Shown: positions 22,330 to 37,799 of the stretch, one piece after another
Layout of the letters: the number at the start of each line of letters is the position of its first letter
Position numbering within the stretch: position 1 is the first letter of the stretch
Assembly (NCBI GenBank): GCA_028826165.1
Contig: JAPDFW010000061.1
Coordinates: 62,001 to 126,000, forward strand
Source: Anaeramoeba ignava BMAN
Lineage: Eukaryota; Protista; Anaeramoebae
DNA: 64,000 bases
Direction: 5' to 3'
Position numbers and translations under genes: made by a program
The notes under the pieces: model-generated
Told to the model about the DNA's origin: nothing
Databases searched by the model: none
Seen by the model: only the letters and a program-made list of their open reading frames with translations

Positions 22330-24737
22330 TTAAAATTTGAAAATATTCATTGATTTTGAATTTGATTTTGATTTTGAAATTGATTTTGATTTTTCTTTTT
22401 CTTTTTCTTTTTCTTTTTGAATTTGATTTTGATTTTGATTTTGGTTTTGTGTTGTATTTGAAAAATATCCTATTTTTATAAATCCATTTTTTAATCCAAT
22501 AATAATTAAAAATCCTCTTTTAATAATTGAAATTGAATAAATTGTTTCTTTTAAATCAAAACTTTGAATTGGTTTTAAATTAAATATTTTTCGAATTTCA
22601 AAAATTCCTTTTTCTCCTCCTGTAAATATAAAATTAGAATCTTCTGAAATTGAAATTGAATAAATATTTTCTGAACATTGAAATCTTCTTATTAAATATC
22701 CATTAATTGTAAATAATCTTAAAATATTGGAATTTTCTGAAAATGTAATAATATCTCCTTTTTTGTTATTTTGATATTTGTTATTGGTTCTTTTTTCTTC
22801 GCTATTATTGTTTGAATATGTTTTTCTTTATTTAATGAATAAATATTTAATTTCCCTTTAATACTTCCACTTAATACAATATCATATTCAACTGATATTG
22901 ATACACTTCTTACTTCTTCTTCATGTTCTGAAAAATATATTTGGGTTTTTCTTTAACTTTGATTTTCCCTTTTTTTTCTTTTGATTCAATTTCCCAAATA
23001 ATTACTGTTGTATCTTTTGATCCTGTAACAATATATTTCAAATCAATATCTAAACAACTTATAATATCATTATGTTTATAAATACTTTGTATTATTTCAT
23101 ATTTATCAATATCAATTATTTTGAAACTATTATCTTCAAATCCACAAAAAATTAAATATTTTGAATTTTCATAATTTTTAAAACATTCTTCAAAATTATT
23201 TAAATCTTTTGAGAATGGAATTTCTCTTATTTTTTCTTTTTGGTTTTGTTTGTATTTTTCATCATCAATACTTAAATTAATTTTGGGTTTTTTGTTTTTA
23301 GATTTAATTAAATAGAATTTATGTTTTCCAATAATTCTTTCTTTATTAATTGTAATAATTTGATCAGGTTCTGGTTTCATTTCTTCAGGTATTTCTCGAA
23401 ATTTTGTAAATATGATTGGATTTGAACTTATCTTATATTTTTTTGATTGAAAAAAAAGATTTTTTGATAAATTGTTTTTCAATTCAAAAAATGTTAATTT
23501 GAATGGTATTTTTGAATTATTTGTTTTTCTTTGTTTTTTGTTAATTTCTGTTTTGATAAATCTTTTTGGATGTTTTTTTGTAAATAATTGAATTGGAATT
23601 TCTCCATTTTTTTGAATATTTTCTTTTTGATTTTGATTTTGATTTTGATTTTGATTTTGTTGTTTATATCCAAATATTAAATCAATCCATTCATTAAGAT
23701 GTTCTGAAACATATTCTGATTCAAGTGCTTCTTCTTGTATTTGAATAAATTTTTCTGCTGTTTTAGCCCAATTTGGAAGTTTAACATTTTTGATTTCTTT
23801 TAAAATTTCTTTTGATTTTGAATTGTAATTATCTTTAAATATATTAGGATTTCTTAAAAAATCTGGTAAATGGAAGAATTCTGGAATAAGTTCTCCAATA
23901 AATTTATTATTTTTATTATTTTTATCATTTTTGATTTGATTGATTATTTTCCATTGTTTTGGAATTGATTTAAATATTGGATATTTTTCTTTTAAACAAA
24001 TTGTTGTAAATGGTTCTAATCGAATTAAATAAGATGAAACAATTTCTGAATTTAAATAATATTTCTTGGTTTCATTTTCATTTTGATTTTGATTTTGATT
24101 TTGATTTAAATTTGTAATAGGTTTTGATAAATCTCGAAATATTTTTGGATCATTAATATCTATTAAATATGATTCATAATCTGAAATAATCCATGGGAAA
24201 ATTGGATATTGTGAAAGATCTTGATATGTTCTTCCTGATATTGTGTTTAAATACATAAGATATTCAAAATTACTAATTTTTCTTTCTTGCCATTCTTTTG
24301 TTATTGGTGTTTTTTCATTCCATTTTTTTGTTTGATTTATTGAATAATTGTATTTTGTTTGATTTATTGATTCAATTTGAATTGATTTATGTTTTTGAAT
24401 TTTTTCATAAATTTCATCTCTTTCTTCTGTTGTTGAAAAATTGAAAAAAATATATTTTCGATCATTTTCAAAAAATATTTCTATTGCTGTTTGTTTTGAA
24501 ATATATTTTCTTTTATGAATTATTTTAATCATTTCAATTTTCCATGAATAATCTTTTTCATTTTGATTTTGATTTGAATAAACAGATTCTGCAAAAAAAT
24601 TAATTGAATTTGTTGTAATTTCAAATATTCCTTTGATTGTTTTGATTTTAGAAATTATTTCACATTTGGTTGTAAATATTATTTTATTCAAATATTTTTG
24701 TTGTTTTTGTTTTTGATTTTCTTTTTTTTCGTTTTCA

Positions 24738-24768
<31 letters not shown>

Positions 24769-27700
24769 TTTTATTTTTATTTTTATTTTTATTTTGTTGA
24801 TAATTTTTTCATATTGTTTTTGATAATTTATTTGTTATTTTGATTATTTCATTTTTAAATTTTCTTTTAATTTTTAATTTTTTTTCTGAATTTTGATTTT
24901 GATTTTGATTTTGATTTGTTGAATAAAATTTTAATTTTTGTCTTCTCATTTCATCTTCTTTTTCTGAAAGTTTAATATAAAATTCCATTTTTCAAATTTA
25001 TAATCTATTACACTTATTAAACTTGAATTCCATGGATATTTTCCAATTAAAGAATTTGTAATCATTTTTTCCAATTTTTGTAAATGAATTCTTATTTCTT
25101 GTTTTTGTTTTTGTTTTTGAAATCTTTTTCTTTCTTTTTCTTGTTTTCTAATATTTTCAATTTCTTTTTCAATTTTTTGTAAATTTATTTCATTTTGTTT
25201 TTGTTTTTCATTAATTTGATTTTGAAAATTATTTAATTTGTTTTTTTCATTTTCAATAAATTCTTTTTGGTTTTCTTCAATTTCTTTTCTAATTTTTTTG
25301 ATTATTGGAAAGAAAAATTGATTTGTGATTTGTTTCCATTCTTTTTTCATTATTTCTTCTTCAAATTTTTGAATATCTGTTTTGAAAATAAATGATTCTT
25401 TTGGATTAATTTGAAGTAGTTGATTTTGATTTTGATTTTGATTTTGTTGTTTTGAAATTATTTCATATAAAAATCTATAATTATCTTGAATTATTGTTTG
25501 TAAATAAATAATTAAAAATCTTCTTTTTGCTTTGTTTTCTTGTTCTTTTTGATTTTGAGATTCAATTTGTGATTGATTTTGAAATTGAAAATAATTATGA
25601 TTGTGAATATAATGGAATAAAAATGAAAAAAAAATTTTAAGAAATTCATTTGAATCTTGTTTTGAAAAATTATTTTGGTTAAATGTTTCTTTCATAATTT
25701 CTTTTAATTTAAAAAGAATAAATTCTGTTGTTTGAAAATTTGATTTTGGAATTGAGAAAAGAAGTATCAAAATAATATTTTTATAAATTCTTATTTTTTC
25801 TTTTTTTGTTGAAAATTGTACTGGAATTTTTCCAAAAAATCCAAATTTTTCAATTAATTTAATAAAATTTTCAATAAATTCATTTTCAAATAATATTTTG
25901 ATTTTAAATTCTTTTTTATTTTCTTTTTCTTTTTCAATTTGTTGATTTTTTTTATTATTTGATTTTTCTTTACTTGAATTAAATAATATTTCATTTAATA
26001 AATAAATTAAATAAATTAAATTCTTGTGAGCATTTTTCAGTAACTTATTTGATTTGAAAATTTCTATGGAGAATTGGCTAATTTCTTCTTGAAAATCATA
26101 TTTTTTCTTTTCTGTATTTTGAATAATTTCAATAATTAAATTATTTATTATTTTTAAAATTATTTTGGTTATTGTTTCTTTTCTTTCATCTTTAATAATT
26201 TTGATTGTTGAAATAAATTCTTCAATTATTTTTGGAAAATCATATTTTGGATTTTGAAAACAATATTCAAATAATATATTCAAAATTTTGAATACAATTT
26301 CATTTAGATTTTCAATTTCAATTTGATTTTGATTTTGATCTTGATTTTGATTTTGATTTTGATTTTGATTTTGATTTTGATTTTGGTTTTGATTTTGATT
26401 TTGATTTTGATTTTGATTTTGATTTTCATTATTTGAATGAAAATTGAAATAATTGAAATTAATTAATGAAATTATCCATTTTTGCCATCCAATTTCTGAA
26501 ATAATTTTTTCTTTATTTAAATTATTTTCTAAAATAATTTTAAATAATTGATTTAATTCTTTAATATTAATTAATTTGGATTTTTGTTTAAATATTTCAC
26601 AAATTGTTTCTAAAATAAATCCATTTTCAATTAATCTTATTATTTTGTTTGTTTTGTTTGAATAATCATAAATCATCATTTTGAAAAGAATATTAATTAT
26701 TTTTTTGGAAATATTATTGATATTTTCAATTATTATTTGATTAATTAAATAATAAATATCTTTTAATTTATCAATTTGTTTTTGATTTTTGAATTTTTGG
26801 AATATTTTCTTTTTCTTTTCTTTTTCATTTTCTTTTTCATTTTTATGAATAGAAAGATCAATAAAATAAATAATTTCTAAACTTATTTCAATTATTTTTA
26901 TATTTCCTTTGTTTTCTTTCATTATTTGAATAAATGGATAAAATAAATGATTTGAAAATAATTGTTTCCAAGTTATTTCTAAATTATTTGAAATATAATT
27001 ATGAATTAATTCAAGTGTTTTTTCAATAAAATATTTTGTTTTGAAAATAAAACATCTTCTGATTAAATAATGAATGAATATTTTTTGTGTTTTGGATTCA
27101 ATATTATTTAACATAAATTTAATAATTGAAAATATTTTTTCAATTATTTTAATTATTTCTTCTCTTTTTAATTCATTTTCATTTTCATTTTCATTTTCAT
27201 TTTGATTTTGATTTTGATTTTGATTTTGATTTTGATTTTGATTTTGATTTTGATTTTGATTTTGATTTTGATTTTGATTTTCAATTTGATTTTGATTTTG
27301 AATTTGAATTTGAATTTGATTTTGATTTTGATTTTCATTTTGATTTTGATTTTGATTTTGATTTTGATTTTGATTTTGATTTTGATTTTGATTTTGATTT
27401 TGATTTTGATTTTGATTTTGATTTTGATTTTGATTTTGATTTTGATTTTGATTTTCAATTTGATTTTGAATTTTATATAAAGATTTATCATAAAAATAAA
27501 TTAATTTTGATAAATCAATTTGCAATTTTTGATTTTTGATTTTTCTTTTTCTTTTTGATTTTCATTTTCATTTTCATTTTCATTTTCATTTTCAATTTCA
27601 TTTTGATTTTGATTTTGATTTTGATTTTCATTTTCATTTTCATTTTCATTTTCATTTTCAATTTCATTTTGATTTTGATTTTGATTTTGATTTTCATTTT

Positions 27701-30700
27701 GATTTTGATTTTGATTTTGATTTTGATTTTGATTTTGATTTTGATTTTGATTTTGATTTTGATTTTGATTTTGATTTTGATTTTGAATTTCTTTTTCATT
27801 TTGATTTTCAATTTGATTTTGAATTTGAATTTGAATTTGATTTTGATTTTGATTTTCATTTGGATTTTCATTTTGATTTTGATTTTGATTTTCATTTTCA
27901 TTTTGATTTTGATTTTGATTTTCTTTTTCTTTTTGAATTTGAATTTGAATTTTGATAATTTGATTTTGAATACAAATTTGAATAGTTTCAATTAATTTAT
28001 TTTGAATTTTAAAATTATAATTTTTCCATATTTTATAATCAAAAATTAAATATTTTTTAAGTTGTTTTTGAAATTGTTCATTTTCAATATTTTCTTTAAA
28101 TGTTCTTATAATATAATAAATTTGTGTTGAAAAATATTTTGGATGTATTTTTTTAAGTAAAATATTGATTATTTGAAATCCTTGTTTTTCAATCATTTCT
28201 TTTTGTGTTTCAATATCGTTTAATAAATAATCATTAATTATTCTTAAAATTTCTTCAAAAATTAATTTTGTTGAATTTGATTTTGATGTTGATTTTGAAT
28301 TTGATTTTGATTTTGATGTTGAATTTGATTTTGATTTAATTTCTTTTTTAATTCTTTAATTTTTTTATTTTCTTTTTTTTGTTGTTTAAATAATTCATCA
28401 ATTTCAAAAATTAAATAAAAAAATGTTTCAATTCCTCCTAAAAATTTAATAATTTCATTAATATTTGTTGATTTAAATGTTTTGATTGTTTTTATTTTGT
28501 TTGTTTTTTCTTTGATAATATTTTTTGAAATTTCTTCTTGTTGTTGTTGTTTTTTATTTATTTTTCTTAATTCATTCATCATTATTATTGATGGAAATTC
28601 TTGATTTTGATTTAATTGATTTTTGATTTTTTGATTTAATTGATTTTTCATTATTGTAAAATATTGTTTCATTTCAGAAACAGTAATTTTAAAATTTGCA
28701 AATTTTCTAATAATTTCAATAATTTTTTTAAATATTTTGATATTTTGAATTTTGGGAATTAATTTAAGTAAAAATGAAATAATTCCTTTTTCACAAATAT
28801 AATTAATATTTTCTTTTGATTTTTCACTTATTTCTTCAAATATTTTCAAAACTTCAAAAAAAGAAATTTCTTTTTCTTTTTCTATTTCAATTTCATTTTT
28901 CTTTTTCAATTTCATTTTCATTTTCATTTTCATTTTGATTTTGATTTTGATTTTCATTTTCATTTTGATTTTCATTTTGATTTTGATTTTCTAATTCTTT
29001 TTTGAAATTTTGTGAATAAAGTTCTAAAATAATATTAATCATATTTGTATTTTTGATAATAAAATTATTTTTAATTGAAAATTTTCCATTATTAATCATT
29101 AAATCTAAAAGAATTTCAAATATTTCTTTTTTTGGTTTTCTTTTTTCATATTCATAAATTATTTTTACAAATTTTGTTATTGGAATTAATTCTTGAAATT
29201 GTTTCATTAATATTTCATTGTTTTGAATAATTTCTTTAATCATTTTTAATGAAAAATATGTATTATTATTATTATTTTGATCTTCAAAAAATGTTGTTAT
29301 AGTTTGTAATAAATTTGTTTTTAAAAATATTTTTTGAATATTATTTCGATTTTTAGAAATTGATTTTAAACATTCTTCAAAAAGTTTATTCATAAATTTT
29401 TCATTTTCATTTTCATTTTCATTTTCATTTTGATTTTTGGAAAATATTTGTTGGATTAAATAAATAATAAATTGTTGTTCATTTTCTTCTTCATTATTTT
29501 TTACTTTTTCAAAAAATTTTGGAATATTATTTAATGAAAGTTTTTGAAGAAATTGATAATTAATTGATTCAATCAAAAAGTTGATAATATTTGAATTATC
29601 AAAAATAACTTTAATAGATCCATTTTGAAATATTAAATTTAAAATTTCAAAATATAATTCTTTTGTTTTTTCATTTTCATTTTCATTTTCATTTTGATTT
29701 TGATTTTGATTTTGAATTTCAATTTGATTTTGATTTTCATTTTGATTTTGATTTTGATTTTGATTTTGATTTTGATTTTGATTTTGATTTTCATTTTCTT
29801 TAATTAATTTTAATAAATTTTGTTTAATTATTTGAAATCCATTATTTTTAATAATTTTGTTTGATGAAATTTTTGGATTATTTTGAATAATTTCAATTAT
29901 CATTTCTAAAAATTGATTTAATAAAAATAAATTTGAAAATATTTTTGAATTTTTTGAAATTTGATTAAATAAAATTTCATATTCAAAATTATTTTGATAT
30001 TTTATGATAATATTTTTAAGAAAATCAATTAATAATATTTGTAAATTTAAATTCATTTCTTCTAATTCAATCTTTTCTTTTTTTCTTCTAATTAAAATTA
30101 AAATTAAAATTAAAATTAAATTAAAAATTAAAATTAAAATTAAAATAAAAATTAAAATATTTACATTAAAATTATTGATATTTGTTCTGATAAAATAATC
30201 TGAAAAACAAATTTTCCATCCTTCATTTTCCTCAAAAAATTTAATAATTTCTTTATCATCATTGCTATTTTCTTCAATTATCATTTTTTTAAATTCAAAT
30301 AAAATATACATTTGAAGTTCTGGATAAATATATTTGTTATATTTTTGAATTTTCTTAATTTTTTCTTGTTTTAAATAATTATGATTTTTGTATTTATATT
30401 GAAGATTTGAATTTAATTCTTCTTCAGTTTTAAATAAATCAAAATAAATTAAAATTAATCTTTCTTTAAAATTATTCACTTTTAATTTAATTTCATTTGT
30501 ATATTTTTCAATTTCTTTTCTTATATTTTCTTTTGATAAATTTATATTATTTGATTTTTGTATTTTTTGAAAAGATCTTAAATGACTAAAAAGTGAATCA
30601 AAATAAGGATGATATAATTTGATTTCTGAAATTTTTCTTTTTGAATTTGATTTTGAATTTGTATTTAAATTTGATTTTGAATTTGATTTTGATTTTGATT

Positions 30701-33700
30701 TTGAATGATGCTTTGAATTTAAATTTAAATTTGATTTTAATTTTGATTTTGAATTTGTATTTAAATTTGATTTTGATTTTGATTTTGATTTTGAATTTGA
30801 TTTTGATTTTGATTTTGATTTTTTTGAATTTGAATTTGATTTTGATTTTGATTTTGAATTTGGTTTTGATTTTGATTTTGATTTTGAATTTGGTTTTGAT
30901 TTTGATTTTGATTTTGATTTTGATTTTGATTTTGATTTTGAATGATGTTTTGAATGATGCTTTGAATGATGCTTTGGATGATGTTTTAAATTTGAATGTG
31001 AATTTGAATTTGAATTTGATTTTGATTTTGATTTTGATTTTGATTTTGATTTTGAATGATGTTTTGAATTGAAATGGATTAATTTTTTTAATTTATTTGA
31101 TAATTTTGTTTTAAAAGAATAAGAAATCCAAAGAATAAAATCTTTAAGATTTAAAATATTATTGTTATTAATAAATTCTTCAATAATATTTTCTTCTTCA
31201 ACAATAAAACTAAGGAAATCAAAAATATTTAATCGAAAATCAACTTCTAAACGAATTAAATCTTCTTTTTTGATTTTTAAATTTTCTAAAATATTTGGAT
31301 TTTCTTCTTCTTTGATTTCTGATTTGAATGTAAAAAAATTTGTTTCAAAAATATCTTCAAGTTTTTCAATTTCTATTTTTTTAATTTTTTCATTTTCTTT
31401 TTGATTTTCAATTTTGATTTGATTTTTGTTATTAATATTAATTCCAATATTTGGAATATTTGATAATTTTGGAACTTCAAAAAAAGTTAAAAGAGTTAAA
31501 ATTAAATCAATTTTTTCTGTTTCTGTTAATAATCCATATTCATAACAACTTTCAATAATTTCAAAAATTGATAATTGAATAGAATATTGTTTTTTTGTAA
31601 AAAGAAATTCTTTTTTGAATTCTAAATTAAATGAAAACCAATCTATTTTTGTTATTTTTGTTATTTTTGTTATTTTTGTTATTTTAAGATTAAAAGAATA
31701 ATTAATTATAAATTTATTTTATATATTTTTTTTTGGGAAATATTTTTACATATTAATGAAGAGATTATTTTTGATTCTTTAATTGATTTTAAAATTTTTC
31801 TATTTGGATAAAAATCTTTTACTTTTAAAAAATTTTTCATAATTTCCATAATTTCTGAAATAATAAATTGAGTTTCAATTAAATAATAAATTGAAAGTTT
31901 TGGTTTTGTTTCCTTTTTTGGTTTTTTTTTAAAGAATAAATAAATTTGAAATTTTTTAAAATTTTGGATTAATTGATAAGTATTAATATAAATATAATTA
32001 TTATTATTTTCTTTTTTCTTTTTATTTGATTTTAATTTTGATTTACTCTTATTTTTTCCATTAATCCAAAAATATATTTTGTAGTTTGTAATAAATCATA
32101 AAATATTGCAAAAATTCTTTTTTCAAATAAAATTTGTTGATTAAATTTGGATTTTGAAAGAATTGAAATTATAGATAAAGAAATTAAATTTTTGTGTGGA
32201 TTAATTTCTTTTTGATTTTCATTTTCAATTTGATTTTGATTTAAATTTTGGTTTTGATTTTGATTTTGATTTTCATTTTGAATTTCATTTTGATTTTGAT
32301 TTTGATTTTGATTTTGAATTTGAATTTCATTTTGAATTGTTTCTATTTTGTTTGAATTCAAGTTTTTTGTTTTTAAATATTAAAAATTTAGTTTATTTTT
32401 TTTTTGGATAATAAAATATATATAAACCTCGAAGAAGAGTATTTGAATAAATTAAATTATTTAATATAAAAGTAATAAATCTTATTGGATGCGCTTGTTT
32501 TTGTGAAATTGCTTCATTAATTTCTTCTAATTCAAAATATTTTTCAAATTCATTCTTTTTTTGATTTAAATTTGATTTATTTTGATTTGGATTCCAATTT
32601 TGAAATAATTTTTCAAATAATAAACAAAATTCAACAAATTCTTCACTTTTTATCTTTTTAAATTTTAATTTTAGTTTTAATTTTGATTTTGATTTTGATT
32701 TTAATTTTTAATTTTAATTTTGATTTTAATTTTTAATTTTTAATTTACTTCTGAATTATTTTTTGGTTGTAAATCTTTCCATTTTTGATAAATTTCATTT
32801 TCATTTTCATTTTCATTTTCATTTTCATTTTCATTTCTAAAACTCAAAAAAAAATCTTTTTCAATTTCTTTTTGTTTTTCAATTTCTTTTTCATTTTCAT
32901 CTTCTGTTTTTGTATTTAAATCTGTTGTTATTTCTTCTTTTGCCTTATTACTGGTATATTTTTGTACTTTTTCAATTTCATTTTGAATATTTTTGATTTG
33001 TGGATCAATTTTTGAATAAAATTCATTTTTTCTTTTTTCAAATTGATTTTTAAATTTTTGAATTATTTTTTCAATTTCATTTAAAGTTTCATTTTTAATT
33101 TTAATTTCTTGAATTTTGATTTTTCAATTTTTTTAAATTTATTTTTGAATTTAATTCTATTTTTTGATTTCTTGAATAATTTTTATCTAAATTTTCATTT
33201 TCAATTTGATTTTGATTTTTGTTGAATTTTGATTAAATTTTGATTTTTGATTTTTCGTTTTTCAAATCCTTTTTAAATTTTGATTTTGTTTTTTCAAATA
33301 ATTTTAAATCTTTTGTGTTTTTAATTTGGGAAGTTTCAGTTTAATTTTTGATATTTTTGTATCAATTTCTTTCAAATTTATATTCTTTCTTTTTAAATTT
33401 ATTTTGAATTTCTTGAATTTTTGAAAATTTTTAAGTCTTGTTTTCTATTTTGCTCAAATAATTCTTTCAATTTAATAATCATTTATTAAATTCTTGTAAA
33501 TACTTTTTCATTTTTCATCATTTTGAATTAATTGTTGAAATTTTTCAATTTCTTTCCCATTTTTGATATTCTTTTGAATTCGAATTTGGTTTTTAATTTT
33601 TCCAATTTTCATTTTCATTTTGTTTCGCATTTTCATTTTTCATTTTTGATTTTAATTTGTTTATTAATGTTGATAAATTTGAGATTCTGTTTTTATTTTC

Positions 33701-34661
33701 TTTTTCAAATTTTCAATTTTGATTTTTAATTTTGAATTTTGATTTTGATTTTGAGAGTTTTGATTTATTTTTGATTTTGAATTTGAATTTGAAATTGATT
33801 AATTGATTTTGATTTTGTGAATTTGATTTAATAAATTTGAAAAGAATTTTTTTCAATTTATTTTCATTTTGATTTTGATTTATTTTTTCAATATTTTTTA
33901 AAGCTTTTTGATTATTTTGGTTTAATTTTTGTTTAATTTGTTGAATATTTGTTTGAAGAAATTCAATATTTTGAAATTCTTTTTGCAAATTTCACAAATA
34001 AATTTTAAGTCTCAATAAAATTGAATAATAATTTGATTTTGATTTTGATTTAAATATTCCATCAAAATTTGGATTTGAAATGATAAATTGAATATTTTGG
34101 AAAAAAATGATAAAAATTTTGAAGATTTTTTTTGAATTAATTTTTTGAGATTTAAAAATAAATTTCTAAAATATTTTCAGAATCGAAATTTGATTGAATT
34201 TCAAGTTCAAAATTTTTCTTTGAATTTCTTTTTAATTTAATTTCGTTTGCAAATTGAAAATATTCATCAAATTTTTTTTTTGTTTTATCAAAATAAAAAT
34301 TATTTTTTCATTATAAAAATTTAATAATTGGTTTAAAAATTTCAGAACTAAAATTATTAAAAAAATTGAATTAAATTTCTTGTTTTTCATTTTCATAAAA
34401 TATTTTGAACGATTCTAAAATTGATTTATGACAAGGAATTAAAAATTTATCTTTTCCACAATAAATTTGAAATTTTGATTTTTTTTCATTTCCAATTTTA
34501 AACCAATTTGATTTTATTTTTGTTTTATTTTGATTTTGATTAAATTTTTTAATTTCGGATTGAATTTCTTCATTTTCATTTTGATTTTGATTTTGATTTT
34601 GAATTTGATTTTGATTTTGATTTTGATTTTGATTTTGATTTTGATTTTGATTTTGATTCAT
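22330..34661 (-). pseudogene. BTB-...-PH-BEACH-WD40 gene, copy 2. Several frameshifts, and the BTB/coiled-coil part at ~33100-34540 is heavily degraded (pseudogene or consensus error)
   Basis: Collinear and near-identical to 3600-15749 with the same intron positions. PH-BEACH-WD40 is intact in ORF 22910-24691. Breaks near 22930, 24800-24990, 27520, 28350 and 28900. Confidence 0.7.
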
Positions 34662-35024
34662 GATCTGTTGAATTTTTAAAAGAAAATTAAAATTGTGTTT
34701 AATAAGAAATTTTCAATTATTTTGATTTCAAAAAATATTTTTATTAAATGTTTAATTTCTAATTTTATATTTTTATTATTTAAATTATTTATATTTAATC
34801 AATTTAAAAAAACAGGAAAAAAATTATTTTTGAATTATTTTTGAATTATTTTGAATTATTTTGAATTTGACTTTTTCATTATTTTAATTAGGAAAAGTAT
34901 TTTATTAATTTTTTATTTCTTACTTTAATAAAAAAGTTTTTAAAAAAAAAGAGAAAAAAATGAAAAAAAAAAAGGAAAAAAAATATTTTTTTATTTTTTT
35001 GGAATTTTGTTTTTAATTAAAAAA

Positions 35025-37760
35025 TTAAACATTTTTCTTTCTTTTTTTCTTCTTTTTGAAATTTTTTTTATTTTGATTTTGATTTTGATTTTGATTTTTA
35101 AATTTTTTAATTAATAAATCAAATAAATTTGGATTTGTTTGATTTAATTGAAAATAATCAATTCCAATTTTTAATTCATTAATTATTTCTTGTGTAATTT
35201 GAATTTCATCTTTAATTTGATTTGAATAAATCCAATATTCAAATATTTGAAATGATTCATTACTTAATTCACTATAATCTGTAACTTTATTAGATTTATC
35301 TTCTGTTACAGATAAAAACATTCCTCGATATAATTCACTTCTCATTATTAATATTAATTTTGGAAATTTATATTGTTTTTCTTTTCTTTCAATTATAAAA
35401 TCTTTTTCATTTTCATTTTCATTTAAATAAATTCTTTTAATTGTTTCTTCAATTTTTTCATTTGAATTTATAATTTCTTTAATTTCTGAATATAATTTTG
35501 GATTTATTTTGGAATTGTTTGAATAAATCATTTCAAATATTTGATTTGATTCTTTAATTGATTTATTTGAAATAATTTCTTGAAGTTTTTCAATTTGATT
35601 TTCATTTTGATTTAATCTATATTTCAATATTAATTTATGAGCTTCAATTATTTCTCCATTTTCGGTTTTAAATGAAATATCACAAAATTCTTTTCTTCTT
35701 CAAATAATTTTATCAAATCTTCTTCAAGATTGGAAAAAGAAGGAGGAGAATAATAAAGAAATGAATTGAATTCTCCACAAGAAATATGATAATTAGAAAT
35801 ATTTTCATTAAATCTTAATTTAGGAAGTTCAATTTGAATTGGAATTCTGATGTATTCCTGAAAGATTTGAGTTTCCTCCATCCCGATTTGACCAAAAGAA
35901 TTATCTCCAAATCCAATCATTTTCTTATTGAAAGTTAAAATCAAAGTATGAAATCCTCCACAAGAAATTTCAAGAATATTATCACTATCAAATAAAAATA
36001 TATCCATTTCTGTAAATTTTTTTGTGGATTCTTCTGGTTTATTTAATCCATTGAAACCTGAATTTCCACATGAATAAAGTTTTCTTTTTGGATTTTGATT
36101 TTGATTTTGATTTTGATTTTGATTTTGAATTTGATTTAAATTTTGATTTTGATTTTGATTTAAATTTTGATTTTGAATTTGATTTTGAGTTTGAATTTGA
36201 TTTTGATTTTGATTTTGATTTTGATTTTGATTTTGATTTTGATTTTGATTTTGATTTTCATTTTGATTTTGATTTTGATTTTGATTTTGATTTTGATTTT
36301 GAATTTGATTTAAATTTTGATTTAAATTTTGATTTTGATTTTGATTTTGATTTTGATTTTGATTTTGATTTTGATTTTGATTTTGATTTTGATTTTGATT
36401 TTGATTTTGATTTTGATTTTGATTTTGATTTTGATTTTGATTTTGATTTTGATTTTGATTTTGATTTTGATTTTGATTTTGATTTTGATTTTGATTTTGA
36501 TTTTGATTTTGATTTTGATTTTGAGTTTGAATTTTGATTTTGATTTTGATTTTGATTTTGATTTTGATTTTGATTTTGATTTTGATTTGAATTTTGATTT
36601 TGATTTTGATTTTGATTTTGATTTTGATTTTGATTTTGATTTTGAATTTGAATTTGAATTTGATTTTGATTTTGATTTTGATTTTGATTTTGATTTTGAT
36701 TTAAATTTTGATTTTGATTTTGATTTTCAATTTGATTTTCCATTTCATTTTGATTTTGATTTTGAATTTCATTTTGATTTTGATTTTGATTTTGATTTTG
36801 ATTTTGATTTTGATTTTGATTTTGATTTTGATTTTGATTTTGAATTTGATTTTGAATTTGAATTTGATTTTGAGTTTGAATTTGAGTTCGATTTTCATCT
36901 TCAATCAGCATGGCTGAAAAATTGTTTCCACATTGAATATCAATTATTTTACCTTTTGGAATATTTTGGATTTTGGTTAATTTCGAGAAACGTGAAGTCT
37001 GAATTGATTCTCCTAATCCAAGTTGACCATAATAATTATATCCGCATCCAAATAATTCTTGATTTAAATTTAAAAGAAAAACATGAATTGAAGAATTTCC
37101 TGAAAATATTTTAGAAATATTTTTCATCATTAAAATTGGTTTTTTTGTTTTATTAGGCTTATTCAAACCAAGTTGACCAAAATAACTATCACCAATTCCA
37201 TAAGCATTTTGATTTGAAGTTAATAAGTAAATTGAACTAGAACCAGAAACAATATCTTGAATTACTCTATCATTTTTATCTTCAATTAATGATGAAATAT
37301 TGATAAATTTTTTTGGATTTTTTGGATTAATATTTTTTCCTTTGGCAAATACATTTCCTTCTTTTGTTAAAATAGCTTCATTATAATAACCAACAGCTAC
37401 TTTTTGAATATTTTTAATTTGGATTTTTTCCACATTTAGAATTGAATTATTTTCATTTAAATATTCTATTGCTTTTCCATTTTTGAAAAGGAAAATTGTT
37501 GAGAAATGTCCTGTTGAAATTTGTTTAATTTGTTTTTCATTTTCATTTTCATTTTCATTTTCATTTTCATTTTCATTTTTTTCATTTTCATTTTCATTTT
37601 CATTTTCATTTTCATTTTCATTTTCATTTTCATTTTCATTTTCATTTTCATTTTCATTTTCATTTTCAAATTTAAATTGAATTGGGTTTGTTATTTTATC
37701 TGGTTTATTTTTTATAAGTTTTGGATATTTATTGTAACCAAAAAATAAGCAATCATTCAT
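35025..37760 (-). CDS. RCC1-repeat beta-propeller + C-terminal tandem BTB-like protein, paralogue A. Frameshifts near 36530 and 35700, and a ~800-bp NQ insertion
   Basis: RCC1 blades IKQISTG, GDSYFGQLG, GCGYNYYGQLGLG, ISCGGFHTLIL, GFGDNSFGQIG. BTB-like EAHKLILKYR and KDFIIERKEKQYKFPKLILIMRSELYRGMF. Confidence 0.8.
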
Positions 37761-37799
37761 TTTTGAAAATGAAAAAAATGAAAAAATGAATTTTGGAAT

